Source: an uncultured bacterium (GTDB lineage: Bacteria; Patescibacteriota; Minisyncoccia; Phycocordibacterales; GWA1-40-21). Taken from it: 64,000 nucleotides of DNA. Location of the stretch: assembly GCA_903823865.1 (NCBI GenBank), contig CAIJUJ010000027.1, positions 12,065 to 76,064 on the forward strand, given 5' to 3'. This document shows positions 1 through 11,025 of this stretch, piece by piece. How positions within the stretch are numbered: position 1 is the first letter of the stretch; every line of letters starts with the position of its first letter. A model generated the notes under the pieces. It searched no databases. It was not told the DNA's origin and saw only the letters and a list, made by a program, of their open reading frames with translations. Position numbers and translations under genes: made by a program.

Positions 1-1078
1 GATAGATGACCATATAAAGTTGAAAGACCATTATTATGCTCAATAAATACCCATTGTCCAAAAGATGCTCCTGGACAAACAATGTCTGTGTTGCCTGTTC
101 CTTTTATAACTCCACTTAAAGCAGCTTTGACTGGCGTTCCTATAGATGTGCCAAAATCAACCCCATTATGTCCTTGACCACTATAAGCGTTTGTAGTTTT
201 TGAAAAATCTGTAATTCCAAATCTTTGAGTTATCTTAATAAAATCAAGAGGCCAAGACAAAATTCCCTTACCAACAGAAGGAATACTGCTCAAATCCATT
301 GTGAATTTAAGCTGTGACTCAAACATTAACAATTCATTGTCAAAAGCATTTGCGAGAGTTTGTTTGTCTGAGAGTATTTTTTTGTATGCAGTTTCAGAAT
401 TTTTAGTATCAGCGAGCAATTTATTTTTCTCTTTTTTGGTAATAGCAAGAACACTCTTTTTATCGAGTAATGTAGTCTTCAATTTCAATAAATCCGCCTT
501 TTTCTTTTCAGCAAGTTTTTTATTACTTTCTAAAATAGTTTTTGTATCTTTTGTCTCATTTATTTTTTCCCTAATCTGATTTTGAACAAGATAAATATTT
601 TGTTGTTCATTCCAAAATTCGGAAAGGTTTTTATAAGTTAATAAATTTTCAATAATAGATGAACTATCATAATTGTTAATTTGTTTAACAAGTATCGATA
701 TCGCCTCTGTATCCTTATTGATTAAATCAATATTTTTCCCAATATTTAAAGACAATTCTTCAATTTCAAGAGAGGTGGAATTAATATTGCTTTGAGTAAG
801 TTTTATATCAAGAGCATTTTTATTAATTGTTGCATCAAGCGATTTAATAGTATTTTTTAAGGACACTGCTTGTGCACCAATATCCTTTAACTGTTGCTCA
901 TATTGAGCTATTTCTTGTTCGAGTTGAATTTTATTTGCAGTAACTTGCTGGATTTGTTGTTTTATTTCATCAGCCGTTGCTGAATAAACCACTTTACAAT
1001 TTAGAAGAAAAAAACTAAGAAAAATAATTCCGAAAAATATCTTTATTAATGAATAGTTTGGTTTTTTAAGAAAGTACA
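1..1078 (-). CDS. M23 family metallopeptidase (EnvC/NlpD-like) with signal peptide and long coiled-coil N-terminal region. Partial: the C-terminus runs off the window start.
   Basis: Manual minus-strand translation from ATG at about 1078 gives MYFLKKPNYSLIKIFFGIIFLSFFLL... Q/E/K-rich coiled coil follows, then ...AYSGQGHNGVDFGTSIGTPVKA (the HxxxD part of the M23 active site). No stop before position 1. Absent from the ORF track because it is open-ended. Confidence 0.7.
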
Positions 1079-1090
1079 TTTTGGTAAAAA

Positions 1091-2545
1091 CTATATGGAT
1101 TCAATCGCTTTTTTAATCCTATTTATAGATTCATTTTTACCCAAAACAAACAAAAGTGTAAATGGATCAGGGGATTTTTCCTTACCAGATAAAGCCACCC
1201 TTAAAGGCCAGAGAACATTCCCCTTCCCTTTTTCCTCTGCGAGCTTCATGAGCTCTTGCTTTAATATTTCTAATGTAAAATCTTTATCAGAAATCTTATT
1301 CAAAATATCAGAAACTAAAGACAAATTTTCTTTAGCCTCGACTAAAGTTCCACCCTTTTTCCAAACAATCATTTCTTTTGATATTATTGGTATTTCAAAA
1401 TAATACTGTATATCGCCATCAACAACCATTTTATCTATATCTGAAAAAACATTGATTCTCTCGACTATTAAATCAGAAATCTTATTTATAATTTTTTCAT
1501 CTTGAAACTCTTTTGGAAACCTATTTTTTATTTCTGAAATTATTTTTTCTTTAGGAAGTTTTTTAATATATTCTTTATTAAGCCAAATGAGTTTCTCTTC
1601 ATTAAACTTTCCTCCTGCAGATTGGATTTTTTTAATATCGAAAGCTTCAATAATTTCTTCTATTTTCATAACTTCTCTTTCATCGCCTGGATTCCAGCCA
1701 ATAAATGAAAGAAAATTAATAACTGCTTCTGGTAAAAAACCTTCTTTTTTATAATCTAATATGTCTTTTGCACCGTCTCTTTTCCCAAGTTTTTTCTTGC
1801 CATCTGGCCCAATTATTGGAGGTAATGTTGCAAACTCCGGTCTTTTTATATCCAATGCCTCATACAGTGCTAGAAATTTTGGAGTTGAAGAAATAAATTC
1901 ATCAGCTCTAAAAATATGAGTGACTCCCATATATAAATCATCTATAATATGCGCAAAATTATATGTTGGATAACCATCACTTTTCATTAAAATAAAATCA
2001 TCTAGTGCTTCTGGTCCAGCAGAAAGTTCTCCACGAACTAAATCATTCCAAACATATCTTTTTACATCTTTTATTTTTAATCGAAGGGGTTTTGTTCCAT
2101 CCCATTTTGGTGGTTTGTCTGGTCTATGCTCACGAAACAGAAATGGCTTTTTTTCCTCATCTGCTTTTTTTCTAAATACCTCCAATTCTTCTTCTGTATA
2201 TGGGTCGGCATAAGCTAAATCTTTTTTGTATAATATTTCTGCGTATTTTTTGTATGTATCTAATCTTTGCGATTGTATATATGGGCTATTTGGTCCACCG
2301 ATATCTGGCCCTTCATCCCAATTAATATTTAACCATTTGAGAGATTTAATAATATGTTCTATCGAACCTTCAACCTCTCTTTTTTTGTCAGTATCTTCTA
2401 TTCTTAATATAAAAGTGCCATTATTTTTTTTAGCAAAAAGCCATGCAAATAGTGCAGTCCTAACACTACCTACATGCATAAATCCGGTAGGACTTGGTGC
2501 AAATCTGGTAACTATTTTAGAATTATTTTTCATGTTGTAAACCAA
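1091..2545 (-). CDS. gltX: Glutamyl-tRNA synthetase (class I).
   Basis: RFAPSPTGFMHVGSVRTALFAWLFAKKNNGTFILRIEDTD matches the GluRS HIGH region. 484 aa. Confidence 0.9.
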   Translation of the reverse strand: MVYNMKNNSKIVTRFAPSPTGFMHVGSVRTALFAWLFAKKNNGTFILRIEDTDKKREVEGSIEHIIKSLKWLNINWDEGPDIGGPNSPYIQSQRLDTYKKYAEILYKKDLAYADPYTEEELEVFRKKADEEKKPFLFREHRPDKPPKWDGTKPLRLKIKDVKRYVWNDLVRGELSAGPEALDDFILMKSDGYPTYNFAHIIDDLYMGVTHIFRADEFISSTPKFLALYEALDIKRPEFATLPPIIGPDGKKKLGKRDGAKDILDYKKEGFLPEAVINFLSFIGWNPGDEREVMKIEEIIEAFDIKKIQSAGGKFNEEKLIWLNKEYIKKLPKEKIISEIKNRFPKEFQDEKIINKISDLIVERINVFSDIDKMVVDGDIQYYFEIPIISKEMIVWKKGGTLVEAKENLSLVSDILNKISDKDFTLEILKQELMKLAEEKGKGNVLWPLRVALSGKEKSPDPFTLLFVLGKNESINRIKKAIESI

Positions 2546-3653
2546 TTTTAATTATTTCGTGAGCTATCAAATCAGAGGCGTCTGTTTTTATAAAACTTTT
2601 TGCTCCATCACTCATTTTTTGTGATATTTTTTTATCATCAATTATCCTAAATATTTCAGAAAGTAAAATGTTCGGAGAAAGATTTGACTCTTCAATGACT
2701 ACTGCACCACCTGAACGTGCATAATTATAAGCATTCTGACGTTGATGATTACCATTTGTCTCAGTAATAGGAATAATGATACTAGGAATACCCCACGTTG
2801 CTATTTCAAAAATAGCCGAACCAGCACGAGATATAATAAGATTTGATGCACCAGCAGCCATACCCATATTCAAATTATCTAAATAATCAAAAGCTCTATA
2901 TCTAGTTTTAAATTGGTTACCTGTCAAAATTACATCAGCAGTTGCTGTAACTTCCTGAATGTTATCTTTACCTGTCTGGTGCAATACGTAATATTTTTCT
3001 ACAAGATTATTTAATATACTCAATATCTTTTCATTGATTATTTTTGCGCCAAGAGACCCACCCAAAATAAGTATTACCGGAATATTTTCATCAAGTTTTA
3101 GATATTGTTTTGCACTATCTCTCGGTGGTATCATCTTAACACTTTTTCTAACCGGATTACTTGTAACAGCAACTTTCTTCTCATCAAAAAATTTTGATGC
3201 TTCTGGATAAGAAACCGCGATCCTCTTTGCAAATTTTCCTGCCCAAATGTTTGTTCTTCCAGGAACACTATCTGACTCATGAATAACTACAGGTATTCTC
3301 AATAATTTTGCTGCAACCAAGACAGGAAAGCTCGAGTAAGCTCCTTTACTAAATATCACATCTGGATAAATATTAAAAACTTTAAAAATTGCCCCAATAA
3401 TTCCAAAAAATGTTTTAAATAAATCAAAAAAATTTAATAAAGAAAAATACGTTCTCACTTTACCAGCTGAAATATTTATGTATTCAATATTATTTTCAAG
3501 CAACATATCTGCATCGTGTGGTGAATCAGACATATAATAAAGCTGAACCGGTAGGAGTTTCCCTTCTTTGACTATTTGATTAATTTTTTCTGCAACTGCG
3601 ATAAGTGGGTAAAAATGTCCGCCTGTTCCACCACCAGTTAATAATATTTTCAT
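2523..3653 (-). CDS. murG: MurG, UDP-GlcNAc:lipid I N-acetylglucosaminyltransferase.
   Basis: N-terminal KILLTGGGTGGHFYPLIAVAE glycine-rich MurG signature. Sits inside the mraY-ftsW-murG synteny. Confidence 0.9.
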   Translation of the reverse strand: MKILLTGGGTGGHFYPLIAVAEKINQIVKEGKLLPVQLYYMSDSPHDADMLLENNIEYINISAGKVRTYFSLLNFFDLFKTFFGIIGAIFKVFNIYPDVIFSKGAYSSFPVLVAAKLLRIPVVIHESDSVPGRTNIWAGKFAKRIAVSYPEASKFFDEKKVAVTSNPVRKSVKMIPPRDSAKQYLKLDENIPVILILGGSLGAKIINEKILSILNNLVEKYYVLHQTGKDNIQEVTATADVILTGNQFKTRYRAFDYLDNLNMGMAAGASNLIISRAGSAIFEIATWGIPSIIIPITETNGNHQRQNAYNYARSGGAVVIEESNLSPNILLSEIFRIIDDKKISQKMSDGAKSFIKTDASDLIAHEIIKIGLQHEK

Positions 3654-3661
3654 AATAAATT

Positions 3662-4777
3662 TTATACTTTAAATGCTCTACTAAACTTTGATACGTTCAA
3701 AACAATTCCCATTTCAAGCAAGACCAAAAGCATTGCTGTCCCTCCTTGGCTAAAAAATGCAAGCGGTAAACCTGAAAAGGGTATTATACCAAGAACTGAA
3801 GCCATATTTGTAAACGACTGCAGTACAGTAAGTATAACAATTCCAACTACTAAAAGTCCACCAAAAATATCAGGAGACCTGATTGCGATTCTAAAACCAC
3901 GAAAACAAAAAAATAAGAAAATGACTACAATCGCAACGCAGGCAACAAAACCGCCTTCCTCTGCAAGAACTGCAAAAATTGTATCACTTATGGATTCAGG
4001 CAAGAATTTGTACTTTTGTACACTCTGACCAAGACCTTTCCCGAAAACTTGTCCTGAACCAACAGCGATTAATGATTGTTGAACTTGATAACCAGAAGTC
4101 TGTGAATTGTCTCCTGGGTTTATAAAAGTTTCAATTCTTGACATAACATATGGTCTAGTAAACGCAAGAAATGCAATTATCGCGACCCCAAGTGCACCAA
4201 GAACTAAAACATATCTAAATTTTCCACCAGCTACAAGAAACATTGTGGTGCAAGTAGCAGCAATAATTAGAAATGAGTCAGTGTCTGGTTGGCTTAATAA
4301 AATTAACCCGGAAATCGCAATAAGAATTAAAAGTGGAATAAAACCAAATTTTATTGTAGAAACTTTTTCCTTAACTGAAGACAACCAAGCAGACCAATAT
4401 ATAATAAAACCAATATTTAAAATGGTTACTGGCTGAAAAGAAAAACCAAAAATTGAAATCCATCTTTTTGCAAACGTATTAAGATTTGTTCCTACATGCG
4501 GAACAAAAACTAATAATGTCAAAATAATTGACGCAGCAAAAATTGCTAATGAATATTTTTTGTAAATTTTATAATCAATTTTTGAAAACACAAAACAAGC
4601 CAATAAACCAAAAACTATTCCAAAAAAAAGTTGCTTTAATACGACCGATGTAAATTGGATACTATCTTTTGCCAAAATTCCCATTGACGCCGATATAAAA
4701 ATAATAAAACCAAAAATCAAAAGAGCAATTACAATACCTAGAAAAACTTTATCAATATTTTTTTTAGTTCCTGTCAT
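3662..4777 (-). CDS. ftsW: FtsW/RodA (SEDS family) peptidoglycan glycosyltransferase.
   Basis: Polytopic membrane protein, 371 aa, between mraY and murG as in dcw clusters. Confidence 0.8.
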   Translation of the reverse strand: MTGTKKNIDKVFLGIVIALLIFGFIIFISASMGILAKDSIQFTSVVLKQLFFGIVFGLLACFVFSKIDYKIYKKYSLAIFAASIILTLLVFVPHVGTNLNTFAKRWISIFGFSFQPVTILNIGFIIYWSAWLSSVKEKVSTIKFGFIPLLILIAISGLILLSQPDTDSFLIIAATCTTMFLVAGGKFRYVLVLGALGVAIIAFLAFTRPYVMSRIETFINPGDNSQTSGYQVQQSLIAVGSGQVFGKGLGQSVQKYKFLPESISDTIFAVLAEEGGFVACVAIVVIFLFFCFRGFRIAIRSPDIFGGLLVVGIVILTVLQSFTNMASVLGIIPFSGLPLAFFSQGGTAMLLVLLEMGIVLNVSKFSRAFKV

Positions 4778-5851
4778 CTAAATTTTAATCAAAGCCAAAA
4801 TTACACCAATAATCGCACAAACGATACTGACAACCCAGTATCTCATTGTGACTTTATATGCAGGCCAGCCGATTGCTTCAAAATGATGATGCACAGGTGC
4901 TACAAGAAAAACTTTTTTCCCATGTCTAAATTTCTTTGAAATGACCTGAACAATTACGGATAATGAAGTAATAACCAAAGGTAGAGCAATCACTGGTAAG
5001 ACTGCAATTCCCCTTCCTTCACCCATTGAATCAGTCATAAAGGCAACAATAGCAAGTGTTATTGCAAGTGCCATACTTCCAGTTTCGGACATATAAAATC
5101 TAGCCGGAGAAATATTAAACCACAAAAATGCAAGTATTGAACCAACAACGACTGCACAAAATGCCGCAAGATTAATTTGATTTTGAAAAAAAGCAATACC
5201 AGCATATGCAGAGAAAATCGCCGCAAAAACTCCTCCCGCAAGCCCATCTATCCCATCAATAACTCCTCCAGAATAAATAAATAAAGTTAATAAAACAAAA
5301 ATTGGAATAAATAGTATACCAAAATTAATTCCGCCCAAAAATGGAACACTGATCGTATTTACATCCAATTTAAAGTAAAACCAAAGTGCAATTAAAAAAG
5401 AAATTATACTCACAAAAAATAGTCTTTTTTTAAGTGAAAGCCCACCAGCATAATTTCCCCCAGTTCCTTTTATTTCTAAAATATCATCTACCAAGCCGAC
5501 TAAGGCACCTAAAATAAGTACGCAAAGTGGAATCCAGGTTTGGTCTCTACTTAAAAAATCTAATTTTGTAAATGTTCCATCAAAGATTTTTGCTAATAAC
5601 CAAAATGCAGCGGTAGTAATAAAAGCAGATGCCCAAATAACGATTCCGCCCATTCTTGGTGCGCTAACTTCCCTATCAGCGTGTAAACTATTAAATATTG
5701 GGGTTCCTCCACCGTCAATCGAGACGGTTTTAACCTTTTTCTTCCACATTTTATATTTGTAAAGATATTTTGTAAGAAGCGGAGTACCAAGCATTCCAAT
5801 AATGAAGGCTATAACTGAGGGCAAAATCACTTTGATAAGATTTATTGTCAT
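4778..5851 (-). CDS. mraY: Phospho-N-acetylmuramoyl-pentapeptide transferase.
   Basis: VAPVHHHFEAIGW motif and polytopic topology typical of MraY. Confidence 0.9.
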   Translation of the reverse strand: MTINLIKVILPSVIAFIIGMLGTPLLTKYLYKYKMWKKKVKTVSIDGGGTPIFNSLHADREVSAPRMGGIVIWASAFITTAAFWLLAKIFDGTFTKLDFLSRDQTWIPLCVLILGALVGLVDDILEIKGTGGNYAGGLSLKKRLFFVSIISFLIALWFYFKLDVNTISVPFLGGINFGILFIPIFVLLTLFIYSGGVIDGIDGLAGGVFAAIFSAYAGIAFFQNQINLAAFCAVVVGSILAFLWFNISPARFYMSETGSMALAITLAIVAFMTDSMGEGRGIAVLPVIALPLVITSLSVIVQVISKKFRHGKKVFLVAPVHHHFEAIGWPAYKVTMRYWVVSIVCAIIGVILALIKI

Positions 5852-5917
5852 CTTGATAATTGTTTGATTATTATACCTATTCTAACATTTTTTAAAATAA
5901 TTCGTAGTTGTTAATAA

Positions 5918-6850
5918 TTATTGTTCAGAAAACCTTTGTAGTGTTATCTGTTCCAATTTTATTACATCACTAAATCTACCATCAGTAGTTGAACCCAAAA
6001 CTACAACAATAACTGGGTGCATAAAACCAGCATCAAAAATCACAGCGAGATTGCCACCAGCAAGATTTGTAAAACCAGTTTTTGAAGCAATGAGACCAGA
6101 AATTTGGTTCATCGCTTCATTGGTATTTACAGCACTATGTATAATATTACTTTCTGAAATAAATTCCTCTTCTTTTTTGTTTGTGTCGGAAATTAATGTT
6201 GGATCCTTTTTAAGAATAGACTGGAAAAGCAAAGATATATCGAACGCCGAACTATAAGCACCACTCATATTTGTATCAATATCAAGACCAGTTTCATTTA
6301 TAAAAAACGTATCATTCATTTTTAAATTTGCTGCTTTTTCATTCATTATTTTTACAGTATCTTTATTATTTACTGCTTCATAATAATTTAGAGCTGAAGC
6401 TATAGCGTGCATTCCATCATTTGATGAAGTAATTAATGAAAAATCCAACAAATCTTTTAATTTCCATTTTTCTCCAACGATAAGCCCGGTATCACCTTCC
6501 ATTGCAACATCATTTTTAGTAATTGTAATAATTGTGGTCTCGGGCATAATATCAAAAACAACAAGCCCAGACATAAGTTTTGTGATTGAAGCCAATGGTA
6601 ATTTTTCGTGTTCATCCTTAGCAAAAATTGGTTTTTGGTCAATTACATCATAAACATAATATGATTTTGCTTTGATACTATTTAATACGGCATCGTAGTC
6701 AAACTTTTTTTGTTCAATAGTTTGACCTGAAATCATTTTGATATTTTCACTTTCTTTTTTCGAATAGAAAGTGAAACACAAAACAATCACAGCCACTATT
6801 GCTGAAATTATCAGTAATTTATTTTCTTTTATAAAATTTTTGAAATACAT
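5918..6850 (-). CDS. Serine-type D-Ala-D-Ala carboxypeptidase (S11 / PBP5-like), membrane anchored.
   Basis: SxxK (ASITKLMS), SxN (SSND) and KTG (SKTGFT) motifs in the right order. Confidence 0.75.
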   Translation of the reverse strand: MYFKNFIKENKLLIISAIVAVIVLCFTFYSKKESENIKMISGQTIEQKKFDYDAVLNSIKAKSYYVYDVIDQKPIFAKDEHEKLPLASITKLMSGLVVFDIMPETTIITITKNDVAMEGDTGLIVGEKWKLKDLLDFSLITSSNDGMHAIASALNYYEAVNNKDTVKIMNEKAANLKMNDTFFINETGLDIDTNMSGAYSSAFDISLLFQSILKKDPTLISDTNKKEEEFISESNIIHSAVNTNEAMNQISGLIASKTGFTNLAGGNLAVIFDAGFMHPVIVVVLGSTTDGRFSDVIKLEQITLQRFSEQ

Positions 6851-7473
6851 TATTCTTTTATGGTATCAGCTGGGGTTTCCATCTGGCTTTCTAAATCTGC
6901 GTTTGCTTCATCTTGACTTTCTTTTTGTTCTTCGGCTTGTTGTGAATTTTTATAACTTTCAATTTCATTTCTTGCGTCAGTATAATTTGGCATATCTTCC
7001 ATTTTTGTGATTCCCATGAAACTTAGCATTTCAAAAGTTGGTTTATACAAGAATACTCTTTGATCTTTTGGATTTGGAACTTTTTCAATCAAACCACGAA
7101 TCATCAAATTTCTAATAATAAAACTTGATTGAACTCCTCTTATATAATCTATTTCCGAACGTGATATTGGCCCTTGATAAATAATAATTGAAAGTGTTTC
7201 AAGCCCAGCTCTACCCAAATCTCGAACAAGTTCCTCCTTTGTGAGTTTTTCAATAAGTTCTGAAGTGTCTTTTGATGTTCCAAGTGTGACTTCGTCATCT
7301 TTGAATATCAATACGATTCCTCTATTCGTGAGATTCGTTTCAAGATTTTTTAATGAAGCTAAAATTTCTTCTTCGGTCTTTTCAAAAATTTGTCCGAGTT
7401 TTTTTATAGAAACCGGCTCACCTTTCCAGAAAAGTACGGACTCTATTTGTTTTTCTAAGTTATTTTCTTGCAT
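6850..7473 (-). CDS. scpB: Segregation and condensation protein B.
   Basis: Winged-helix ScpB pattern (ETLSIIIYQGPISRSEIDYIRGV) and acidic C-terminal tail. Confidence 0.8.
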   Translation of the reverse strand: MQENNLEKQIESVLFWKGEPVSIKKLGQIFEKTEEEILASLKNLETNLTNRGIVLIFKDDEVTLGTSKDTSELIEKLTKEELVRDLGRAGLETLSIIIYQGPISRSEIDYIRGVQSSFIIRNLMIRGLIEKVPNPKDQRVFLYKPTFEMLSFMGITKMEDMPNYTDARNEIESYKNSQQAEEQKESQDEANADLESQMETPADTIKE

Positions 7474-7485
7474 GATAGTTTTTTA

Positions 7486-7968
7486 TTATAATATATTTCT
7501 TTCCATCTTTTTACTTACTTCCTTAAAACCCATACTTGTCCAAACAGCCACTCCTAATTTATTTTTAGTATTTACCGAAAGTTCAATTTTTTTAATTTTC
7601 TTTTTCTTAAGAATACCGGCCATGTAATTAAAAATCATTTTGCCTAATCCCAACCCTCTATATTTCTTTTGAATATACATTGTCTCTAAATAAGCAATTT
7701 TATCTAAAATAAATATTGGTGTTAATTTGCGAATATTAAAAGAAAAATAACCAATTGGTTTTTCATTTTTCTCAACAATGTAATAATATGTATTTGGTTT
7801 TTTTATATCCCTAGATATAAACTTTTTATATATTAATTCAACTGTAACACCTTTTTTATATCTATTATCAAAATTACGATGATAATCTAAAATTTCTTGA
7901 TCACTTTTAACAAGAAAAGGAATATCTTTTTTTGTCGCTCTATAAATATTTATTTTATCTTTTAACAT
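7486..7968 (-). CDS. GNAT family N-acetyltransferase.
   Basis: Motif A-like QKKYRGLGLGKMIF. Confidence 0.6.
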   Translation of the reverse strand: MLKDKINIYRATKKDIPFLVKSDQEILDYHRNFDNRYKKGVTVELIYKKFISRDIKKPNTYYYIVEKNEKPIGYFSFNIRKLTPIFILDKIAYLETMYIQKKYRGLGLGKMIFNYMAGILKKKKIKKIELSVNTKNKLGVAVWTSMGFKEVSKKMERNIL

Positions 7969-7979
7969 TTTTTTGATAA

Positions 7980-8708
7980 TTAATATGAAGGCACACCTAA
8001 ATGCTTCGTTTCCATGTGTATATCTTCAAATTTATCTTTTTGATTGACCTCTATTATACCTTGTTTTACAAGCTCAAGCATGGCTAAAAAGCTAACAATT
8101 ACATTAATTTTCTCTGATTTTCCCATACCTGAAAAATCTTTAAAACTCATTTTGAGGGATGATTTTACTCTTTCAGTAAGGCTGGTTATCATTTCCTCGA
8201 GACTTACAACTTTTGTTACTTTTACTTTTGGTTTTACTTCAAATTTTGGTAGATTTTTAATAACATCAAAAATAGCCTTCGAAATATTTTCTTTACTCAT
8301 TTTAGTGTCTGGAGAAAAAACTGGTTCCATTTTTCTTGCATTTGGGAAGAATATAATTTGTTTACCAAAATTCTTTTTCACAAAAACGCTGAGTTCTTTA
8401 ATTTTTTTGTAAATTTTTAACTTCAACTCCAAATCTCGCATATCTGTCTGCTCTTCTTCTGAAAGATTGAGTGAAGGAATCAATGATCTTGATTTAATAA
8501 GCAAAAGTGTGGAAGCTACAACTAAAAATTCAGAAGTATCTTTTATTGAATACACTTCCCTATTTTGTAAATGAGCAATAAAGTCGTCTGTAACTTTAGC
8601 CAAAGAAACATCATTTATTAAAAGTTTTCTTTTTTCTATAAGGGAAAGTAGCAAGTCTAGTGGACCTTCAAAAATTTCAGTTTTGATTTTGAATAAATTA
8701 TTTTCCAT
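7980..8708 (-). CDS. scpA: Segregation and condensation protein A.
   Basis: N-terminal FEGPLDLLLSLIEKRKLLINDVSLAKVTDDF is the ScpA signature. Confidence 0.8.
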   Translation of the reverse strand: MENNLFKIKTEIFEGPLDLLLSLIEKRKLLINDVSLAKVTDDFIAHLQNREVYSIKDTSEFLVVASTLLLIKSRSLIPSLNLSEEEQTDMRDLELKLKIYKKIKELSVFVKKNFGKQIIFFPNARKMEPVFSPDTKMSKENISKAIFDVIKNLPKFEVKPKVKVTKVVSLEEMITSLTERVKSSLKMSFKDFSGMGKSEKINVIVSFLAMLELVKQGIIEVNQKDKFEDIHMETKHLGVPSY

Positions 8709-9237
8709 CGCTTAATTTTGCAAAATGATAATCATCTATAATTTTTCCATCTTTTAAGTATGCTTTTCTAGAGATTCCCTCAAGTTTAAAGCTATTTTTT
8801 AGTAAAACTTTTTGAGAACCCTTGTTCCAAGGAAAAGTTTTTGCTTCAACTCTTTTTATTTCCTTAAAATTTTTAAAAATATATTTTATATAAATTTTGG
8901 TTGCCTCTGACATAATTCCTTTTCCCCAATATTTTTCTCCAAGCCAATATCCAAAACCCATTATAAATGTTTGTTTTTTAATATCACCACCAATAGCTCC
9001 AGCAACATCTCCATCTATATCAATAACAAAATTAATAATTGGACTAATTTTGTACTTTTTTAAAGAATGTTTTACCCATTTTTTTGCTTCATCAAGTGTA
9101 TATGGGTATGGGAAACCTTCAAACATATTTCTAGCTATTTTTTTGTTATTTGCATTTTTAGCCAAAGAAAACTCGTCTCCTTTTTTCCAAGTTCTTATAA
9201 TAAATCCTTTTCCTTTTAAAATTATTTGTTTATTCAT
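8698..9237 (-). CDS. GNAT acetyltransferase, RimJ/RimL-like.
   Basis: GFGYWLGEKYWGKGIMSEA region typical of RimJ-like GNATs. Confidence 0.65.
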   Translation of the reverse strand: MNKQIILKGKGFIIRTWKKGDEFSLAKNANNKKIARNMFEGFPYPYTLDEAKKWVKHSLKKYKISPIINFVIDIDGDVAGAIGGDIKKQTFIMGFGYWLGEKYWGKGIMSEATKIYIKYIFKNFKEIKRVEAKTFPWNKGSQKVLLKNSFKLEGISRKAYLKDGKIIDDYHFAKLSDGK

Positions 9238-9626
9238 TAATTACTCAAAATTATATTAGCAACTTTTTTTAAGTCTTCAATTTTTGGATGAGTTGCTCTT
9301 TCTGGATTTAGTTCACCTCCATTATTGATTGGAACTAAATGTAAATGCACATGTGGTACACCAAATCCTTCTACAGCTAAACCAACTCTTTTAGGTTTTA
9401 ATTTTGATTTTAATATTTTTGCAATTTCTTTTCCTTTTAACATCAACTCACTATATTTATTATCTTCAAGATCAAAAAGATAATCATTATGTTCTTTAGG
9501 AATTAATAAGGTATGACCTGGATTTATCTGCCCTTGATCAAGAAAAGCAAAATAATTTTCATCTTCCCATATTTTAAGACAGGGTATTTCTCCTTTTATT
9601 ATTTTACAAAATATACAATCCTCCAT
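9237..9626 (-). CDS. HIT family (histidine triad) hydrolase.
   Basis: HVHLHLVP histidine triad. Confidence 0.8.
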   Translation of the reverse strand: MEDCIFCKIIKGEIPCLKIWEDENYFAFLDQGQINPGHTLLIPKEHNDYLFDLEDNKYSELMLKGKEIAKILKSKLKPKRVGLAVEGFGVPHVHLHLVPINNGGELNPERATHPKIEDLKKVANIILSN

Positions 9627-9627
9627 A

Positions 9628-11025
9628 TTATTTTTTCTTTTTTATCTCAATTCCCAAATCTCTTAATTGTTCGTTTGGAATTTCAGAAGGAGAACCCATC
9701 ATTAAATCTTTTCCTTCTCCTGTTTTAGCAAACGCAATAACTTCACGAATATTTGGCTCGTTGTTTAATATCATCACGATTCTATCTATACCAGGAGCAA
9801 ATCCTGCATGTGGTGGAGTACCATATTTGAATGCTTCAAGCATATGTCCGAATCTTTTTTGCTGATCATCATCACTAATTCCAAGATGCTCAAATACTTT
9901 CTTTTGTACATCTGATTTATGAATTCTTACACTTCCTGAACTCAATTCAAGTTGATTTAAGACAAGGTCATAAGCTTTTGCTTTTATAGATAACAAATCT
10001 TTACCCGCCATAAAATTTTCTAAATCTTCATCTTTTACTGCACAGAATGGATGATGTGTTGCAGACAATTTACCATCCTCGCCTTTTTCAAACATAGGAA
10101 AATCTACAACCCAAACAAATGAGAGTTCGTTTTTATCTTCTTTATTTTTTCTCATATCTGGCTTATCTGAACCAAATTTTTCCATAGAATCTTTGTAAGT
10201 GATTCTAGGAAAAGGTACCTGTGTAATATGTTTTTCTGGATACAATTTTGTAACCAACTCAATAAACATCTTTTCAGTTAACTTAAGAACATCTTCTTGA
10301 TCAACAAATGACATTTCATAATCAAACTGTGTAAATTCTGGTTGTCTATCACCTCTTGTATCTTCATCTCTGAAACATCTCGCTATCTGAAAATATTTTT
10401 CAAAACCAGCAACCATACACAATTGTTTAAATTGTTGTGGTGATTGTGGCAATACATAAAATTTTCCATTCTCAAGTCTTGATGGAACAACATATTCACG
10501 AGAACCCTCAGGTGTACCTTTCATTAAAATTGGAGTTTCAATTTCAACAAAATTTTCTTTGTGCATATAATCTCTGAAAAAAGAAATAATTTTATCTCTG
10601 TCACGAATATTTTTTTGCATTCTTGGTCTTCGCAAATCCAAATATCTATATTTCAAACGAGCATCTTCACCAATTTCAATTCCATCTCCCCTGACATCAA
10701 TAGCTGGAGTAAGTGCTTCATTTAAAACATTAATAGATAAAACTTCTATTTCAACGCTACCATTTACTTCATCTTTGTTTACCATTCTTTCTGGACGAGC
10801 ATTTACTTTTCCAGAAACTTCAAGAACCCATTCAGAACGAACAGTGTTTGCCAAAGTATGTGCTTCTTTATGATTTGGAAGTGCAACCATCTGAACTTTT
10901 CCAGACATATCGCGAAGGTCAATAAAAATAAGTTTGCCGTGATCTCGTCTAACATCCACCCAGCCACAGATTTTTACTTCCTCTCCAACTTTTTTATTTA
11001 ATTCTCCAATGTATGTACGTTGCAT
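9628..11025 (-). CDS. aspS: Aspartyl-tRNA synthetase, short form without GAD insertion (465 aa).
   Basis: Class II motifs FQIARCFRDEDTRGDRQPEFTQFDYEMSF, HHPF and GFAPGIDRIVM. Confidence 0.85.
   Translation of the reverse strand: MQRTYIGELNKKVGEEVKICGWVDVRRDHGKLIFIDLRDMSGKVQMVALPNHKEAHTLANTVRSEWVLEVSGKVNARPERMVNKDEVNGSVEIEVLSINVLNEALTPAIDVRGDGIEIGEDARLKYRYLDLRRPRMQKNIRDRDKIISFFRDYMHKENFVEIETPILMKGTPEGSREYVVPSRLENGKFYVLPQSPQQFKQLCMVAGFEKYFQIARCFRDEDTRGDRQPEFTQFDYEMSFVDQEDVLKLTEKMFIELVTKLYPEKHITQVPFPRITYKDSMEKFGSDKPDMRKNKEDKNELSFVWVVDFPMFEKGEDGKLSATHHPFCAVKDEDLENFMAGKDLLSIKAKAYDLVLNQLELSSGSVRIHKSDVQKKVFEHLGISDDDQQKRFGHMLEAFKYGTPPHAGFAPGIDRIVMILNNEPNIREVIAFAKTGEGKDLMMGSPSEIPNEQLRDLGIEIKKKK

Noticed and set aside
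301-579. Plus-strand 92-aa ORF and many similar plus-strand ORFs opposite minus-strand genes.
   Set aside because: They are low-complexity translations on the antisense strand of well-supported genes. Typical artefact of an AT-rich genome. Examples: 1095-1403, 4107-4436, 12943-13797, 14263-14556, 33621-34046, 63481-63888.
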